64,000 nucleotides of DNA from an uncultured Candidatus Micrarchaeota archaeon (GCA_963760615.1 CAVXDX010000004.1:1-64000); one strand, 5' to 3'; shown: positions 15,290 through 26,273, counted from the first letter of the stretch. The notes: a model not told the origin generated them from the letters alone. Made by a program: numbers and translations.

Positions 15290-15820
15290 TTACTCGCTGA
15301 AATTAGCCTTTTTCTCTTCAGTAAGCTTCCCATGCGCCTGGGGAACTATCCTCACTTCCGCTCCAGGAAACCTCTTTTCAAGCTCTTTTCCCTCAAACAG
15401 CCTGTCAAGAAAGACAGCCAGTGCAGCAACCTCTGAGTGCGGCTGCCCGGAAACAGATATGTTGAAATCAGCGTTCCTGTACACCTCGGAAGGCACCTTC
15501 TCAGCGCCCACAATAATGAGCAAATCCTTCTCTTTCTTCAAAATATCTATCTTGTCATTCAAAGGTTCCCCATACATGGTGAGATGCGCAGTTTTACCCT
15601 TCCAGCTCTTCATAACAGCACGCCAGTCCCTCCTGTACTCTGCCTCGAACTTCCCACCCCACTTTTTCACAACACCATCAATGCTTCTTATAATGGATTC
15701 ATCCCTTTCTCCTGAGAGGAATACCTTGTCAGCACCCAGCGCTCGGGCTGCCAGGCAGATGTGCGTCGTTATTCTGACATCCCTCCCTACTCTGTGCCCC
15801 AGTCGTAAAACAGCAATCAT
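15290..15820 (-). CDS. trm56: tRNA (cytidine(56)-2'-O)-methyltransferase, SPOUT family
   Basis: 'VLRLGHR..RD.RITTH..LAARALGA', 'HLTMYG', 'VGAEKVP' and 'QPHSEVAALA'. Confidence 0.95.
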   Translation of the reverse strand: MIAVLRLGHRVGRDVRITTHICLAARALGADKVFLSGERDESIIRSIDGVVKKWGGKFEAEYRRDWRAVMKSWKGKTAHLTMYGEPLNDKIDILKKEKDLLIIVGAEKVPSEVYRNADFNISVSGQPHSEVAALAVFLDRLFEGKELEKRFPGAEVRIVPQAHGKLTEEKKANFSE

Positions 15821-15862
15821 AGACAACTTTTATATTCTCTTAGCTCTTAAATATTACCTCAC

Positions 15863-15937
15863 GGGCCCGTAGCTCAGCTTGGCCAGAGCGGTTGGCTCTT
15901 AACCAATAGGTCGCGCGTTCAAATCGCGCCGGGCCCG
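15863..15937 (+). tRNA. tRNA-Lys (CTT)
   Basis: GGGCCCG acceptor stem, GTTGG-CTCTTAA-CCAAT anticodon arm, GCGCG-TTCAAAT-CGCGC T arm and discriminator G. Confidence 0.95.
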
Positions 15938-15961
15938 CTTTCATTTACAGGAGGTGGTTCC

Positions 15962-16714
15962 GTGGAGATTACTTTTCTTGGGACAAGAGGCTGGTATCCT
16001 AAAAAAGGTCAGACTGCCTGCGTACTAGTGGAAACAAAAGGGGGAAACTACCTGCTTGATGCCGGAACTGGCGTGTACTGGGTGGATGATTTTGCGGATT
16101 TCAGAAAACCGATGTGCGTTCTGCTCTCCCACTTCCACCTTGACCACATTCTTGGCATAACTGCCTTCCAAAAAATAATGAAGGGGAAAGAGCTCACAAT
16201 ATACGGGGAAAAGGGAGTGAAGAAGGCGGTGGACAGGATAATGCGGAAGCCGATATACCCATACTACTTCGATTCCCCGCTCTTCAATGTGCAAGTGGGG
16301 TTCAAGGAGCTGAAGAGGGAGCAGAGAATCTTCGACTCTGTTGTAAAAACCGCGCACCTCTCCCATGCCGACCCGGTGATTGGGATTAGAATTGAGAACA
16401 ACTGGAGGAGCTTCGTTTATGCGACAGACACATTGCCCTGCAAGGCAACAGTGAAACTTGCAAGGAACTGTGATGTGCTTGTGCATGAGACATACTTCTC
16501 AGATGAGGATTTGAAAGGAGTGAAGATAAACACAGGCCACTCCTCACCCAAGGGAGCTGCGAGAATTGCTCGTGAGGCCGGGGCAAAGGGACTGTTCCTC
16601 TTCCACTTCAACCCCGAGTATGATGAGGCAACAATCTCGGGCATGGTGGAGAGCGCGAGGGAAGTTTTTAAGAACACCTTCGCATCAAAAGATTTTCTGA
16701 AGCTGAAGCTGTGA
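15962..16714 (+). CDS. Metallo-beta-lactamase fold hydrolase (RNase Z/BN-like)
   Basis: 'FLGT.G', 'LLDAGTG', 'SHFHLDH', 'YATDT', 'LVHE', 'GHSS' and 'LFHF'. Confidence 0.85.
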   Translation: MEITFLGTRGWYPKKGQTACVLVETKGGNYLLDAGTGVYWVDDFADFRKPMCVLLSHFHLDHILGITAFQKIMKGKELTIYGEKGVKKAVDRIMRKPIYPYYFDSPLFNVQVGFKELKREQRIFDSVVKTAHLSHADPVIGIRIENNWRSFVYATDTLPCKATVKLARNCDVLVHETYFSDEDLKGVKINTGHSSPKGAARIAREAGAKGLFLFHFNPEYDEATISGMVESAREVFKNTFASKDFLKLKL

Positions 16715-16718
16715 TTGC

Positions 16719-18245
16719 ATGGAAAAGGAGCCTAGGCACTGGGTTGAAACCTTAAGCGATTTAATTATTGCAGAGAAGGAGGAGCCGTTTGTAATAACTT
16801 CAGGAATAACAACCAGTGGGAGCCTGCATGTGGGGACACTATGCGAGTTCCTCTTCTCCTCAGCAATAGAGAAATACCTGCGGAGCAAGGGGTACAGGAC
16901 AGAGTTCCACTTCATTGCAGACATATTCGATGCATTTGATTCAGTGCCTCTCAATTTAATGAGATATGAGAAGGAGCTCACCCCTCACCTGGGGAAGCCT
17001 CTCTGCAACGTGCCAGACCCTGAGGGATGCCATGAATCCTACGGGGAGCATTTCTTCTCAGAGGCAATTGAAGTGATGAATGCACTTAACGTGCACCCAA
17101 AGCTTGAGAGGGCAAATGCACTGTACTCAGGAGGAAAGTTTGATTCTATTGCGAAATTCTTCCTGCAGCATCATGAGGAGGCGAAGAGAGTTGTCTCGCA
17201 ATCTTCTTTGAAGCAGGAGCTTCCTGCGGAATGGAATGCACTGATGCCAGTATGCCAGAACTGCGGGAGGATTGCCACGACTCTTGTAACTGAGTTTGAT
17301 GAGAATTCATACTCATACAAGGATGTGAAGGATGTCAAATACACAAAAGGATGCGGGTATGAAGGAGAGAACAAGCTTTCAGAGCACCACTACAAATTAA
17401 CATGGAGGCTGCACTGGCCTTCGTGGATGGAGGTGTTCCGCACTTCTGTTGAAGGGGCAGGAGTGGACCACCACACACGAGGAGGTTCGTGGGATACTGT
17501 GCTTGCCGTATACAAACAGCTCTTTGAGAAGGAGCCGCCAATTGGCTACAAGTTCGGCTTCATCCTCCTGAAAGGGAAGAAATACTCCAAGTCAAAGGGC
17601 ATAGGGCTAGGAGTGACAGACATACTCCAGCTCATTCCGCCGGAGCTGATAAAATATTCTCTTTTCAGGCCGGACATACAGGAGAACAAGGATATTGACC
17701 CGACAGGCTACAATCTGATGCGTTTGTTTGATGATTATGCACATGCTTCAACGGTAGACCTTTCAAGCAAGGAGCTCAGCAGGGCTGACAGGAAGAAGGC
17801 AATTGCATTCTCGCTCTCAACAGACAGAATGAGGTGGAAGGCATCCTTTGCCGACATACTCATGTACAAGCAGCTCTACGGAAACTGGGAGAAAGTGGGA
17901 GAGATGCTCCGCGACTCGGAGGGAGTTACATACCTGAAGCCATACGTTGAGAAGTGGATTGCAGAGGAGTTTGCGCCTGAGGAGTACAGCTTCTCATTCC
18001 AGCCAACAAGGCAGGAGGACATGGAACTGCTGAAGGGGTTTGCAAGCAGACTCCGGGAGGGAATGGGTGCGTTGGAAATACACAACCTTGTTTTTGAGTT
18101 TGCCAGGGACAACAATATGAAGCCAGAGGAGCTCTTCACCCAGCTCTACAAAGCTTTATTGAACAAGGAGAAAGGCCCCAGGATGGGTAAGCTTATAGAG
18201 GCTATTGGAGTAAGTAAAGTAAAGGAGACTTTAGAGGCGATGTGA
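16719..18245 (+). CDS. lysS: Lysyl-tRNA synthetase, class I
   Basis: 'SGITTSGSLHVG' (HIGH-like), 'KLTWRLHWP', 'GVDH' and 'KYSKSKG' (KMSKS-like). It lies next to tRNA-Lys. Confidence 0.95.
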   Translation: MEKEPRHWVETLSDLIIAEKEEPFVITSGITTSGSLHVGTLCEFLFSSAIEKYLRSKGYRTEFHFIADIFDAFDSVPLNLMRYEKELTPHLGKPLCNVPDPEGCHESYGEHFFSEAIEVMNALNVHPKLERANALYSGGKFDSIAKFFLQHHEEAKRVVSQSSLKQELPAEWNALMPVCQNCGRIATTLVTEFDENSYSYKDVKDVKYTKGCGYEGENKLSEHHYKLTWRLHWPSWMEVFRTSVEGAGVDHHTRGGSWDTVLAVYKQLFEKEPPIGYKFGFILLKGKKYSKSKGIGLGVTDILQLIPPELIKYSLFRPDIQENKDIDPTGYNLMRLFDDYAHASTVDLSSKELSRADRKKAIAFSLSTDRMRWKASFADILMYKQLYGNWEKVGEMLRDSEGVTYLKPYVEKWIAEEFAPEEYSFSFQPTRQEDMELLKGFASRLREGMGALEIHNLVFEFARDNNMKPEELFTQLYKALLNKEKGPRMGKLIEAIGVSKVKETLEAM

Positions 18246-19238
18246 GTGAATATAATGGAATACATTGCATTGCGCGGCTCTGAAGTTGACAGGGAGATTG
18301 AGAAAGTCATCCCCAAAAACAGGGAGCCAAAGGGAGTCTACGGGGTGATATGGGACTTGCTTGCAAGAGGGGGGAAGAGGTTCAGGCCCGTCATGTGCAT
18401 GCTCTCCTGCGAGGCTGTTGGAGGGGATTCCAAGAAACTCCTTCCCATTGAGGCTTCCATAGAAATGTTCCACAACTTCACCCTTTCTCACGATGACATT
18501 GAAGATGATTCTGAGATGAGGAGGGGCAAGCCCTGCCTTCATAAAATATACGGAATACCGCTTGCAATAAATGCAGGCGACGGTCTCTTTGCAATGGTAT
18601 GGGAAACTTCCCTTCTTCTAGAGATGCCTCCGAAAAAGATAGTTGAGGCACAGAGGATTCTTGCGAATGCATTCAGGAGGGTGCTTGAGGGACAGGGAAT
18701 GGAGATAGACTGGTACAGGACAAACAGGTGGGATATCAGTGAGGAAGATTATGCTAATATGGTTGCCGGTAAGACTGGGGCGCTCATTGCAGCTTCTTGC
18801 GAGGTTGGCGCATTCCTAGGAGGAGGGAAGAAGAGGCAGAGGAAGGCGGTGAAGGAGTTCGGCAATGCAGTTGGCATAGCATTCCAGATTCAGGATGACA
18901 TCCTGAACATAATAGGGAAAGAGGAGACGTACGGAAAAGAAATTGGAGGGGACATAAGCGAGGGGAAGAGAACCCTCATGGTCATACACACCCTGGAAAA
19001 AGCCTCACCCGAAGACAAGAAAAGTCTCACCTCCATTCTTGATGAGAAGACTAAGGATAGGCAGAAAATCAGCGAGGCAATTGAGATATTGAAGAAATAC
19101 AGCTCCCATGAGTATGCAAGGAAGCATGCTGAGAAGCTCATTGTGAAGGCAAAAAAAGGGCTGGAGAAGCTGCCCCAGACAGAGGCAAGGCAGAAGCTGC
19201 TGGAGCTTGCTGACTTCTTCATAAACAGGGAATTCTAG
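18246..19238 (+). CDS. idsA: Polyprenyl diphosphate synthase (GGPP synthase-like)
   Basis: 'GGKRFRP', first Asp-rich motif 'HDDIEDDS..RRG', 'GKTG' and second motif 'FQIQDDIL'. Confidence 0.9.
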   Translation: MNIMEYIALRGSEVDREIEKVIPKNREPKGVYGVIWDLLARGGKRFRPVMCMLSCEAVGGDSKKLLPIEASIEMFHNFTLSHDDIEDDSEMRRGKPCLHKIYGIPLAINAGDGLFAMVWETSLLLEMPPKKIVEAQRILANAFRRVLEGQGMEIDWYRTNRWDISEEDYANMVAGKTGALIAASCEVGAFLGGGKKRQRKAVKEFGNAVGIAFQIQDDILNIIGKEETYGKEIGGDISEGKRTLMVIHTLEKASPEDKKSLTSILDEKTKDRQKISEAIEILKKYSSHEYARKHAEKLIVKAKKGLEKLPQTEARQKLLELADFFINREF

Positions 19239-20314
19239 CTCTTTATTATTTTTGCAAACTTATCAAAGAGGTACTTGGAATCAAGCGGCCCTGGGCCAGC
19301 TTCGGGATGATACTGAACTGAGAATACAGGAAGCTCTTTGTGCCTAATCCCTTCAACTGTTAAATCATTACAGTTCCTATGTGTCACAATGAATTCCTTC
19401 GGCAGGCTTTTCTCATCAACTGCATACCCATGGTTCTGGCTTGTTATGTAAATTCTGCCGCTCTCCAAATCCTTTACAGGATGGTTTCCTCCCCTATGAC
19501 CGAACTTCAACTTGAATGTCCTTCCCCCAACTGCATGCGCAATTACCTGGTGCCCCAGGCAGATTCCAAAAATGGGAAGCTTGTGCATAAGCTCCCTTGC
19601 AGTTTTCGCAACATAAGTAAGCAGCGCAGGGTCTCCGGGCCCGTTGGAGATTATAACTCCGTCAGGCTTTATTGAAAGAATCTTTTCTGCGCTTGTTCTT
19701 GCAGGAACGCTGAAAATCGAAACGTTTCTTTTTATAATCTCTCTCACTATGCTCATCTTCACCCCACAATCAATCAAAACCACCTTATGCTTCCCGTCTG
19801 CCAGATACTTTTTCCCTTTTTTTGTTGTCACAGTATCAACAAAGTCGATTTTTGAGTAATCAAGCTTCCTCGCCTTGCCCAGCAGCTCCTCCTCATCAGG
19901 CTTCTTTCTTGAATAGACTGAAAGGCATGCGGGCATAACCCCCAACTCCCTGATTTTCCTGACAATTGCCCTTGTATCCACATCATAAATACCAGGAATG
20001 CCAAACCTTTTCAGGAACCCATCCAGAGTTTCCTTTGACTTCATGTGGAAAGACTTATTGCAAACCTCCCTCACAACAAAGCCGCTTACCTGAACCTTGT
20101 CAGACTCAAAATCCTCCAAATTCACCCCATAGTTGCCAATCAATGGGTATGTGGCAGTGAGAATCTGCCCTGCGTAAGAGGGGTCTGTCAATGTTTCTTG
20201 GTAACCACAGAAGCTTGTGTTGAAAACAAGCTCCCCTGTAGAAGTGGCTTCTGCCCCGAAGCCTTTCCCTGGGAAAACCGAACCATCGCGCAGCACAAGC
20301 AATGCCTTAGGCAT
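19235..20314 (-). CDS. carA: Carbamoyl-phosphate synthase small subunit
   Basis: 'GELVFNTSFCGYQE.LTDPSY.GQ', 'SNGPGDP', 'GICLGHQ', 'SQNHG' and 'QYHPEA.PGP'. Confidence 0.97.
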   Translation of the reverse strand: MPKALLVLRDGSVFPGKGFGAEATSTGELVFNTSFCGYQETLTDPSYAGQILTATYPLIGNYGVNLEDFESDKVQVSGFVVREVCNKSFHMKSKETLDGFLKRFGIPGIYDVDTRAIVRKIRELGVMPACLSVYSRKKPDEEELLGKARKLDYSKIDFVDTVTTKKGKKYLADGKHKVVLIDCGVKMSIVREIIKRNVSIFSVPARTSAEKILSIKPDGVIISNGPGDPALLTYVAKTARELMHKLPIFGICLGHQVIAHAVGGRTFKLKFGHRGGNHPVKDLESGRIYITSQNHGYAVDEKSLPKEFIVTHRNCNDLTVEGIRHKELPVFSVQYHPEAGPGPLDSKYLFDKFAKIIKS

Positions 20315-23300
20315 GCCCACCACCCTTCAGGATTTTCATATAATAACCAAGTGGCTCAATTGTCAGGTTGCTCTCTTTTACGCATTTTATTGCCTCAGCT
20401 ATACCGAATGCCGCTTCTATGCTCGTTATGCAGGGAACATTCGCCTCAAGAGCAGACCTCCTTATCTTGAACCCATCGCTCAACGAATCCTTCCCTTTCT
20501 TAGGGGTGTTTATTACCAAGTCCACTTCCCCCCCGAGGATTTTCGTCCTTATATTGGGCTCCCCCTCGCTGACCTTCTTCACCACTCCAACAGGGATGCC
20601 TCTCCCAACTGCTTTTGAGGTTCCCTCTGTTGCGAGTATCTCAAATCCGAGCATGCTGAACTTTCTCGCCAAATTCCTGGCATGCTTTCTGTCGTCAGGC
20701 CTCAGGCTTATCGCAACCCTCCCTCCTGTATGGACATCAAGGTTTGCCCCAAGCAGTGCTTTGTAGTATGCCCTCCCGAAATCCTTGTCTATGCCCATGC
20801 TCTCCCCGGTGCTCTTCATTTCAGGCCCTAGCACGAAGTCAGTGCCGTGCAGCTTCAGGAAGGGGAAAACAACGCTCTTGACTGCAAAGTAGGGCAGCTT
20901 TGGAGTGTCTTTCACGTACTCGTCAAGCTCATGCCCCAGGGCAATTTTTGTTGCAATCTTGGCAAGAGGGATGCCTGTTGCCTTGCTGAGGTAGGGAATG
21001 GTTCTGCTGGCTCTGGGATTTGCCTCGATGACAAACACCTTGTTTTTCTGTACTGCGAACTGTATGTTTATGGCGCCAATGTTATGCAGCGCAGAGGCAA
21101 TCCTTCCTGAGTAGCTAACAAGCTTCTTCTGAATCTCTTTGCTGAGGTTTACCGGGGGAGTCACGCAGCTGGCATCCCCCGAGTGAACTCCTGCTTTTTC
21201 AATATGCTCCATTATCCCTCCAATGAACAGCCTCTTCCTATCCGAAACCCCATCAACCTCGCACTCTATAGCATCCTCAACATACCTATCAATGAGAACA
21301 GGCCTCTTCTCAGATACATCAACCGCCTCATGAATATATCTGTTCAGCTCCTCCGCGCTATACACTATCTGCATGCCCCTTCCTGCGATGACATAGCTCG
21401 GTCTGACAACAACTGGGTAGCCCACTCTCTCAGCAACTTCAAATGCATCCTCAAAGCTCATTGCACTTCCATTCTCAGGCTGCGGTATGCGGAGTTCATT
21501 CAGGAGCTTCCTGAACCTCTCCCTGTCCTCTGCTATGTCTATTCCCTCAATTCCAGTCCCCAGAATTTTTGCACCTTCCTCTGCAAGAGGCATTGCCAGG
21601 TTGATGCTTGTCTGCCCCCCGAACTGAACTATCACTCCGTCAGGCTCCTCCCTTTCAATTACATTCATCACATCCTCAAAAGCCAGAGGCTCAAAGTAAA
21701 GCTTGTCGCTCGCATCAAAGTCTGTGCTCACAGTTTCGGGGTTGTTGTTTATGATTATTGACTGCACCCCCTCCTCCCTCAATGCAAATGAAGCGTGGCA
21801 GCAACAGTAGTCAAATTCAATTCCCTGCCCGATTCTTATTGGCCCACCACCCAGGACAATGACTTTCTTAATTCCCTTGGGGTTCGCCTCATCCTCCTGC
21901 TCGTATGTTGAATAGTAATATGGAGTTGAAGCCTCAAACTCCGCAGCGCAGGTGTCAACAATCTTGTAAACAGGCTTTATTCCAGCTTCTTTTCTCCTCC
22001 TTCTCACTTCCACTTCCTGCGAGCCTGTTAACTCTCCAATCTGCCTGTCGGAAAACCCGAATTTCTTAGCCTTTGCAAGAAGCTCCGAATTCCCGTAAAT
22101 TCTCTTTCCCGCCCTCTTAATCTCCTTCTCAATCTCAAAAATATTCTTCATTTTCTCTATGAACCACACATGAATTTTTGACAGCTCGGCAATTTTCTCG
22201 GGTTTTACATTCTGCTTTATTGCCGCGTATATTGCAAACAGCCTCATATCCGTGGGGTTCCTTATGTGCTCAATAATTTCCTCCAAGTTTTTGAAACTAC
22301 TGTCCGACAGGCTCTTCCTCCTTATCTCCCAGCTCCTCACAGCCTTCTGCAAAGCCTCCTCAAAATTCCTCCCTATTGCCATAACTTCTCCAGTGCTCTT
22401 CATCTGCGTCCCTATCCTCCTGTCTGCCTCTGGCATCTTGTCAAAAGGCCATCGGGGTATTTTCACAACCACGTAATCCAGCGCAGGCTCAAAGCTTGCA
22501 GGAGTCTTCCTTGTTATTGCATTTGGAATCTCATCAAGGGAGTAACCCAAAGCAATTTTCGCAGCAACCCTTGCAATTGGGTAGCCTGTAGCCTTGCTTG
22601 CAAGGGCAGAGCTCCTTGAGAGCCGTGGGTTGACTTCAATGACATAGTATTCTCCAGTCTCCTGATTCAATGCAAACTGTATGTTGCAACCTCCCTGAAT
22701 GTTCAATGCACTGATTATTTTCAAGGAAGCGCTCCTGAGCATCTGGTGGTCGTTATTTGACAGCGTCTGTGAAGGGGCGACCACAATACTCTCTCCAGTG
22801 TGAATGCCCATCGGGTCAATATTCTCCATGTTGCATACCGTTATGCAGTTGCCCTTCCCATCCCGCATAACCTCATACTCAAATTCCCCCCATCCGCTTA
22901 CACTCTCCTCAATGAGCACCTGCCCAATCCTGCTCGCCCTCATCCCAAACCCAACTTTTTCAATCAGTTCATTTTCATCATGCGCAAATCCCCCGCCGGT
23001 TCCTCCAAGCGTATAAGCAGGCCTTAGGATGAGGGGGTAGCTGTGGTTTTTTGCAAATTCAACAGCCTCCTCAACACTGTTTGCCGCAATGCTGTCAAGC
23101 ACAGGCTCATCTATTCTGTGCATAAGGGCAGCAAACTTCCCCCTTTCGGAGGCAGTCTCAATGGCATCCACCCCTGTCCCAAGAACCTCAACCCCGAACT
23201 GCTTCAGAAAGCCTCTCTCATAAAGCTGCATTGTCAGGTTCAAGCCAGTCTGACCACCCATTGTACCTATAATACCATCAGGCTTCTCCTTCTCAACAAT

Positions 23301-23528
23301 TTTTGCAAGGATGCCTGGCCTGAGGGGCTCAATGTAAACAACATCTGCAATTTCGTGGTCTGTCTGTATAGTTGCAGGGTTGGAGTTGACTAGAACAACT
23401 CTGACTCCCTCCTCTCTCAGGGAGGTGCATGCCTGCGAGCCTGAGTAATCAAATTCGGCTGCCTGACCTATGACAATGGGCCCACTGCCTATCACCAGCA
23501 CCTTTTTCAATTCATTCCTCTTGGGCAT
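20307..23528 (-). CDS. carB: Carbamoyl-phosphate synthase large subunit
   Basis: 'VIGSGPIVIGQAAEFDYSG.QA', duplicated ATP-grasp domains ('EVNPRLSRSS', 'EANPRASRT') and a C-terminal MGS domain. Confidence 0.97.
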   Translation of the reverse strand: MPKRNELKKVLVIGSGPIVIGQAAEFDYSGSQACTSLREEGVRVVLVNSNPATIQTDHEIADVVYIEPLRPGILAKIVEKEKPDGIIGTMGGQTGLNLTMQLYERGFLKQFGVEVLGTGVDAIETASERGKFAALMHRIDEPVLDSIAANSVEEAVEFAKNHSYPLILRPAYTLGGTGGGFAHDENELIEKVGFGMRASRIGQVLIEESVSGWGEFEYEVMRDGKGNCITVCNMENIDPMGIHTGESIVVAPSQTLSNNDHQMLRSASLKIISALNIQGGCNIQFALNQETGEYYVIEVNPRLSRSSALASKATGYPIARVAAKIALGYSLDEIPNAITRKTPASFEPALDYVVVKIPRWPFDKMPEADRRIGTQMKSTGEVMAIGRNFEEALQKAVRSWEIRRKSLSDSSFKNLEEIIEHIRNPTDMRLFAIYAAIKQNVKPEKIAELSKIHVWFIEKMKNIFEIEKEIKRAGKRIYGNSELLAKAKKFGFSDRQIGELTGSQEVEVRRRRKEAGIKPVYKIVDTCAAEFEASTPYYYSTYEQEDEANPKGIKKVIVLGGGPIRIGQGIEFDYCCCHASFALREEGVQSIIINNNPETVSTDFDASDKLYFEPLAFEDVMNVIEREEPDGVIVQFGGQTSINLAMPLAEEGAKILGTGIEGIDIAEDRERFRKLLNELRIPQPENGSAMSFEDAFEVAERVGYPVVVRPSYVIAGRGMQIVYSAEELNRYIHEAVDVSEKRPVLIDRYVEDAIECEVDGVSDRKRLFIGGIMEHIEKAGVHSGDASCVTPPVNLSKEIQKKLVSYSGRIASALHNIGAINIQFAVQKNKVFVIEANPRASRTIPYLSKATGIPLAKIATKIALGHELDEYVKDTPKLPYFAVKSVVFPFLKLHGTDFVLGPEMKSTGESMGIDKDFGRAYYKALLGANLDVHTGGRVAISLRPDDRKHARNLARKFSMLGFEILATEGTSKAVGRGIPVGVVKKVSEGEPNIRTKILGGEVDLVINTPKKGKDSLSDGFKIRRSALEANVPCITSIEAAFGIAEAIKCVKESNLTIEPLGYYMKILKGGGHA

Positions 23529-23646
23529 CAACTCACCTTTCAGGCAGTCCCTCCGCTATAAGTCAAATGGCATACGCATTTCAGAAGCAGAAGTCTCTTT
23601 TTCCTTGCCTGCAAAAAACCCACCAGAACTTTGTAGACTACTCTTT

Positions 23647-25014
23647 TTAAACCTTACCCACAAGCCTTTCAATGCAACCTTTAAATTTGAGTTTCTTGCT
23701 GTTATTCTCCTCCTTGATGCTCTTCCACTTTGAAGCCAGCATTTTGAGCATGCGCCCATCCCCTGGAGCTCCCATGTGCTTCTTCATGCTAATGTTCAGT
23801 TGAGGGTCTGTCACCTCCTCAATCTCATCCACTTCGAGGTGCTTCAACCATTCCCCATTCTTCACAAGCATATATGCATCCCTAAGCGGTATGCCTTTCT
23901 TCACAAGCATGGATGTAATATCCGCCGTGAATATCTCTCCTGAACACACTTCTTTCATCTTCTCCTTGTTGAATTTCAAATTGCCAATTAATTCTGTGAA
24001 AATCTTCAGAGAGCTCTTGCTGGTTTCAACAGCATCCATCACATCCCCTTTGCTCAGTTGTGCATCCCTGTTATAGCCGCTCACAAGTCCTTTCATGAGG
24101 CATGCAAGCTCGCACTGCAGCCCAATCAGATGGGCGGAGTTTGCCCTTATCAGCTCCAGAACATCGGGATTGCTTTTCTGCGGCATTATGCTGCTTCCGC
24201 TGCAGAACTCCTGAGGCAATTCTACGAAGCCCAACTCCTCAGATGAAAACATTATGAGGTCACTTGCAATTCTGCTCAAATCCGCCAGCATCACAGAAAG
24301 GGAGTTTACTACAATGTGCTCACTCTTTCCTCTGGAGTTTATTGCACAGAGAGTATTCACGCAAGGCTCCTCAAACCCGAGCAACTTGCTCACCAGCTTC
24401 CTATCAACTTCAATTATTCCGCCGAAGCCTGCACCAGCTCCCAAGGGGCATTTGTCTATAAGTCCATATACCTTGAGCAAAGCTTCAGCATCGCCCAATA
24501 GCATCTCATAGTATGCTGCGAGGTAATGAGCCATTGTTGTGGGCATTGCTTTTCTTGAATGGGTGTAGCCGGGCATTGGAAATTTTGCTTCTGCAGCCTT
24601 CTCTCCAATAACCTTGCAGAACTCAAGAACCCATTCAATTACTTCCAGTAGCTCGCTCTTCATATACAACAGCATATCTGTTGCAGCTTGGTCATTTCTC
24701 GAGCGTGCCGTATGGATTTTCTTGCCTGCCTTCCCGCATTTTTTACTGAGAAAAAACTCAATGTTGGAATGCACATCCTCCAGCTCTGGCTTCAAATGGA
24801 ATTTCTTCTTCTTGTCAAGTTCTACAACTTCAAGCAGGCCCTTCTTTATGCAGCTGAATTCCTCCTTGCTAAGAACCCCAATTTTCTTCAGCATGAGTGC
24901 ATGGGCTAGCGATGCAACAGCATCCCAGTAAACCAACTTGGCATCGAGCACTATATCCTTGCCTGCTGTGAACTCCTCCACCCCTTTGGAAAGCTCACCT
25001 CCCCACACCTTCAC
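23647..25014 (-). CDS. argH: Argininosuccinate lyase
   Basis: 'EDVHSNIE', 'IHTARSRNDQ', 'PGYTH', 'GSSIMPQK.NPDVLE' and 'GYNRD'. The GTG start overlaps the argG stop. Confidence 0.93.
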   Translation of the reverse strand: MKVWGGELSKGVEEFTAGKDIVLDAKLVYWDAVASLAHALMLKKIGVLSKEEFSCIKKGLLEVVELDKKKKFHLKPELEDVHSNIEFFLSKKCGKAGKKIHTARSRNDQAATDMLLYMKSELLEVIEWVLEFCKVIGEKAAEAKFPMPGYTHSRKAMPTTMAHYLAAYYEMLLGDAEALLKVYGLIDKCPLGAGAGFGGIIEVDRKLVSKLLGFEEPCVNTLCAINSRGKSEHIVVNSLSVMLADLSRIASDLIMFSSEELGFVELPQEFCSGSSIMPQKSNPDVLELIRANSAHLIGLQCELACLMKGLVSGYNRDAQLSKGDVMDAVETSKSSLKIFTELIGNLKFNKEKMKEVCSGEIFTADITSMLVKKGIPLRDAYMLVKNGEWLKHLEVDEIEEVTDPQLNISMKKHMGAPGDGRMLKMLASKWKSIKEENNSKKLKFKGCIERLVGKV

Positions 25015-26273
25015 TTTCTCACCTTGTTTGCAATCACTGTGTTGAGACCCCACAGTTTTATGAATCCTAAAGAGTCTTTCTGGTTGAAGGTTGTCCCCGT
25101 ATTGTATGTTGCGAGCCCATAGTCATACAAGGCATAATCAGAGCCTCTTGCTATCACCTGTGCATTACCTTTGTATAGCTTCAGCTTCACCCAGCCGGTG
25201 ACATGCTTCTGGCTCTCCTCCACAAACGCATTCAAAGAGTTCATAAGGGGAGAATACCAAAGACCCTTGTATACGCACTCGCTCCACAATTTGTCCACTA
25301 CTGGCTTGAATTCATTCTCCTCCTTGGTGTGGACGTACTTCTCCAAATCCGCATGTGCTTTCAGAACCACTGTTGCTGCCGGGCACTCGTAAAGCTCCCT
25401 TGACTTCAAACCTATTGTTCTGTCCTCCATGTGGTCTATCACACCCACGCCATTCTTCCCTGCAAGCTCGTTGAGGAACGCCACCATGCCCACCTTGTCG
25501 CTCACAGAGCTTCCATTACTCTCAACAGCGCTCAGCTCGCCCTGCTCGAAATGCAACTTCACCTTCTCTGCCTTGTCCGGAGCCTTCTCTGCTGGAACGC
25601 ACCATTCAAGAGCATCCTCAGGCGCCTCTTCATGGGGCTTCTCCAACACTCCGCACTCAACAGATCTTCCCCACATGTTTGCATCAACAGAGTAGGGAGA
25701 GCCCTTGCTGACTGGAAGAGGTATGCCAACCTCCTTAGCGTATTCCATCTCCTCATCCCTCTTCAAATCCCAGTCCCTCACGGGGGCAATTATCTTCAGG
25801 TCAGGCTTCAGTGAAAGTGCCGAGATGTCAAATCTCACCTGGTCATTGCCTTTTCCAGTGCACCCATGTGCAACTGCCTGAGCCCCCTCCTTCTCTGCAA
25901 TCTCAACAAGATGTTTCACTATAAGCGGTCGTCCAAGAGCAGTGGAATTTGGGTACTGCCCTTGGTAGAGAGAATTGGCCTTCACGGCCTTTGTTATGTA
26001 ACCCTCAACAAACTCTTTCTTTGCATCTATGAAGAAGTGCTTCTTGGCTCCCAGCATATGTGCTTTCTTCTCCATCGCCTTCAAATCCTCCTTCCTGTAC
26101 TCCTTCTGCCCCAAATCCAGGGTGAGAGTTACCACGTCCGCATCGCACACTTCTTGTAGGAGTTTCACCATTACCGATGTGTCCACCCCTCCGGAGTAGG
26201 CAAGGACCACCTTCTCCACGCCGTTATACTGCGAGATGTCAATGCTTTTTTTTATTTTTTCTACAAGGTTCAT
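25011..26273 (-). CDS. argG: Argininosuccinate synthase
   Basis: 'VVLAYSGGVDTS', 'STALGRP', 'AHGCTGKGNDQVRF' and 'KSRE.YECP'. Confidence 0.97.
   Translation of the reverse strand: MNLVEKIKKSIDISQYNGVEKVVLAYSGGVDTSVMVKLLQEVCDADVVTLTLDLGQKEYRKEDLKAMEKKAHMLGAKKHFFIDAKKEFVEGYITKAVKANSLYQGQYPNSTALGRPLIVKHLVEIAEKEGAQAVAHGCTGKGNDQVRFDISALSLKPDLKIIAPVRDWDLKRDEEMEYAKEVGIPLPVSKGSPYSVDANMWGRSVECGVLEKPHEEAPEDALEWCVPAEKAPDKAEKVKLHFEQGELSAVESNGSSVSDKVGMVAFLNELAGKNGVGVIDHMEDRTIGLKSRELYECPAATVVLKAHADLEKYVHTKEENEFKPVVDKLWSECVYKGLWYSPLMNSLNAFVEESQKHVTGWVKLKLYKGNAQVIARGSDYALYDYGLATYNTGTTFNQKDSLGFIKLWGLNTVIANKVRK

Noticed and set aside
23556-23759. 67-aa ORF between argH and carB
   Set aside because: It overlaps the argH 3' end in another frame and has no recognisable motif; treated as intergenic.
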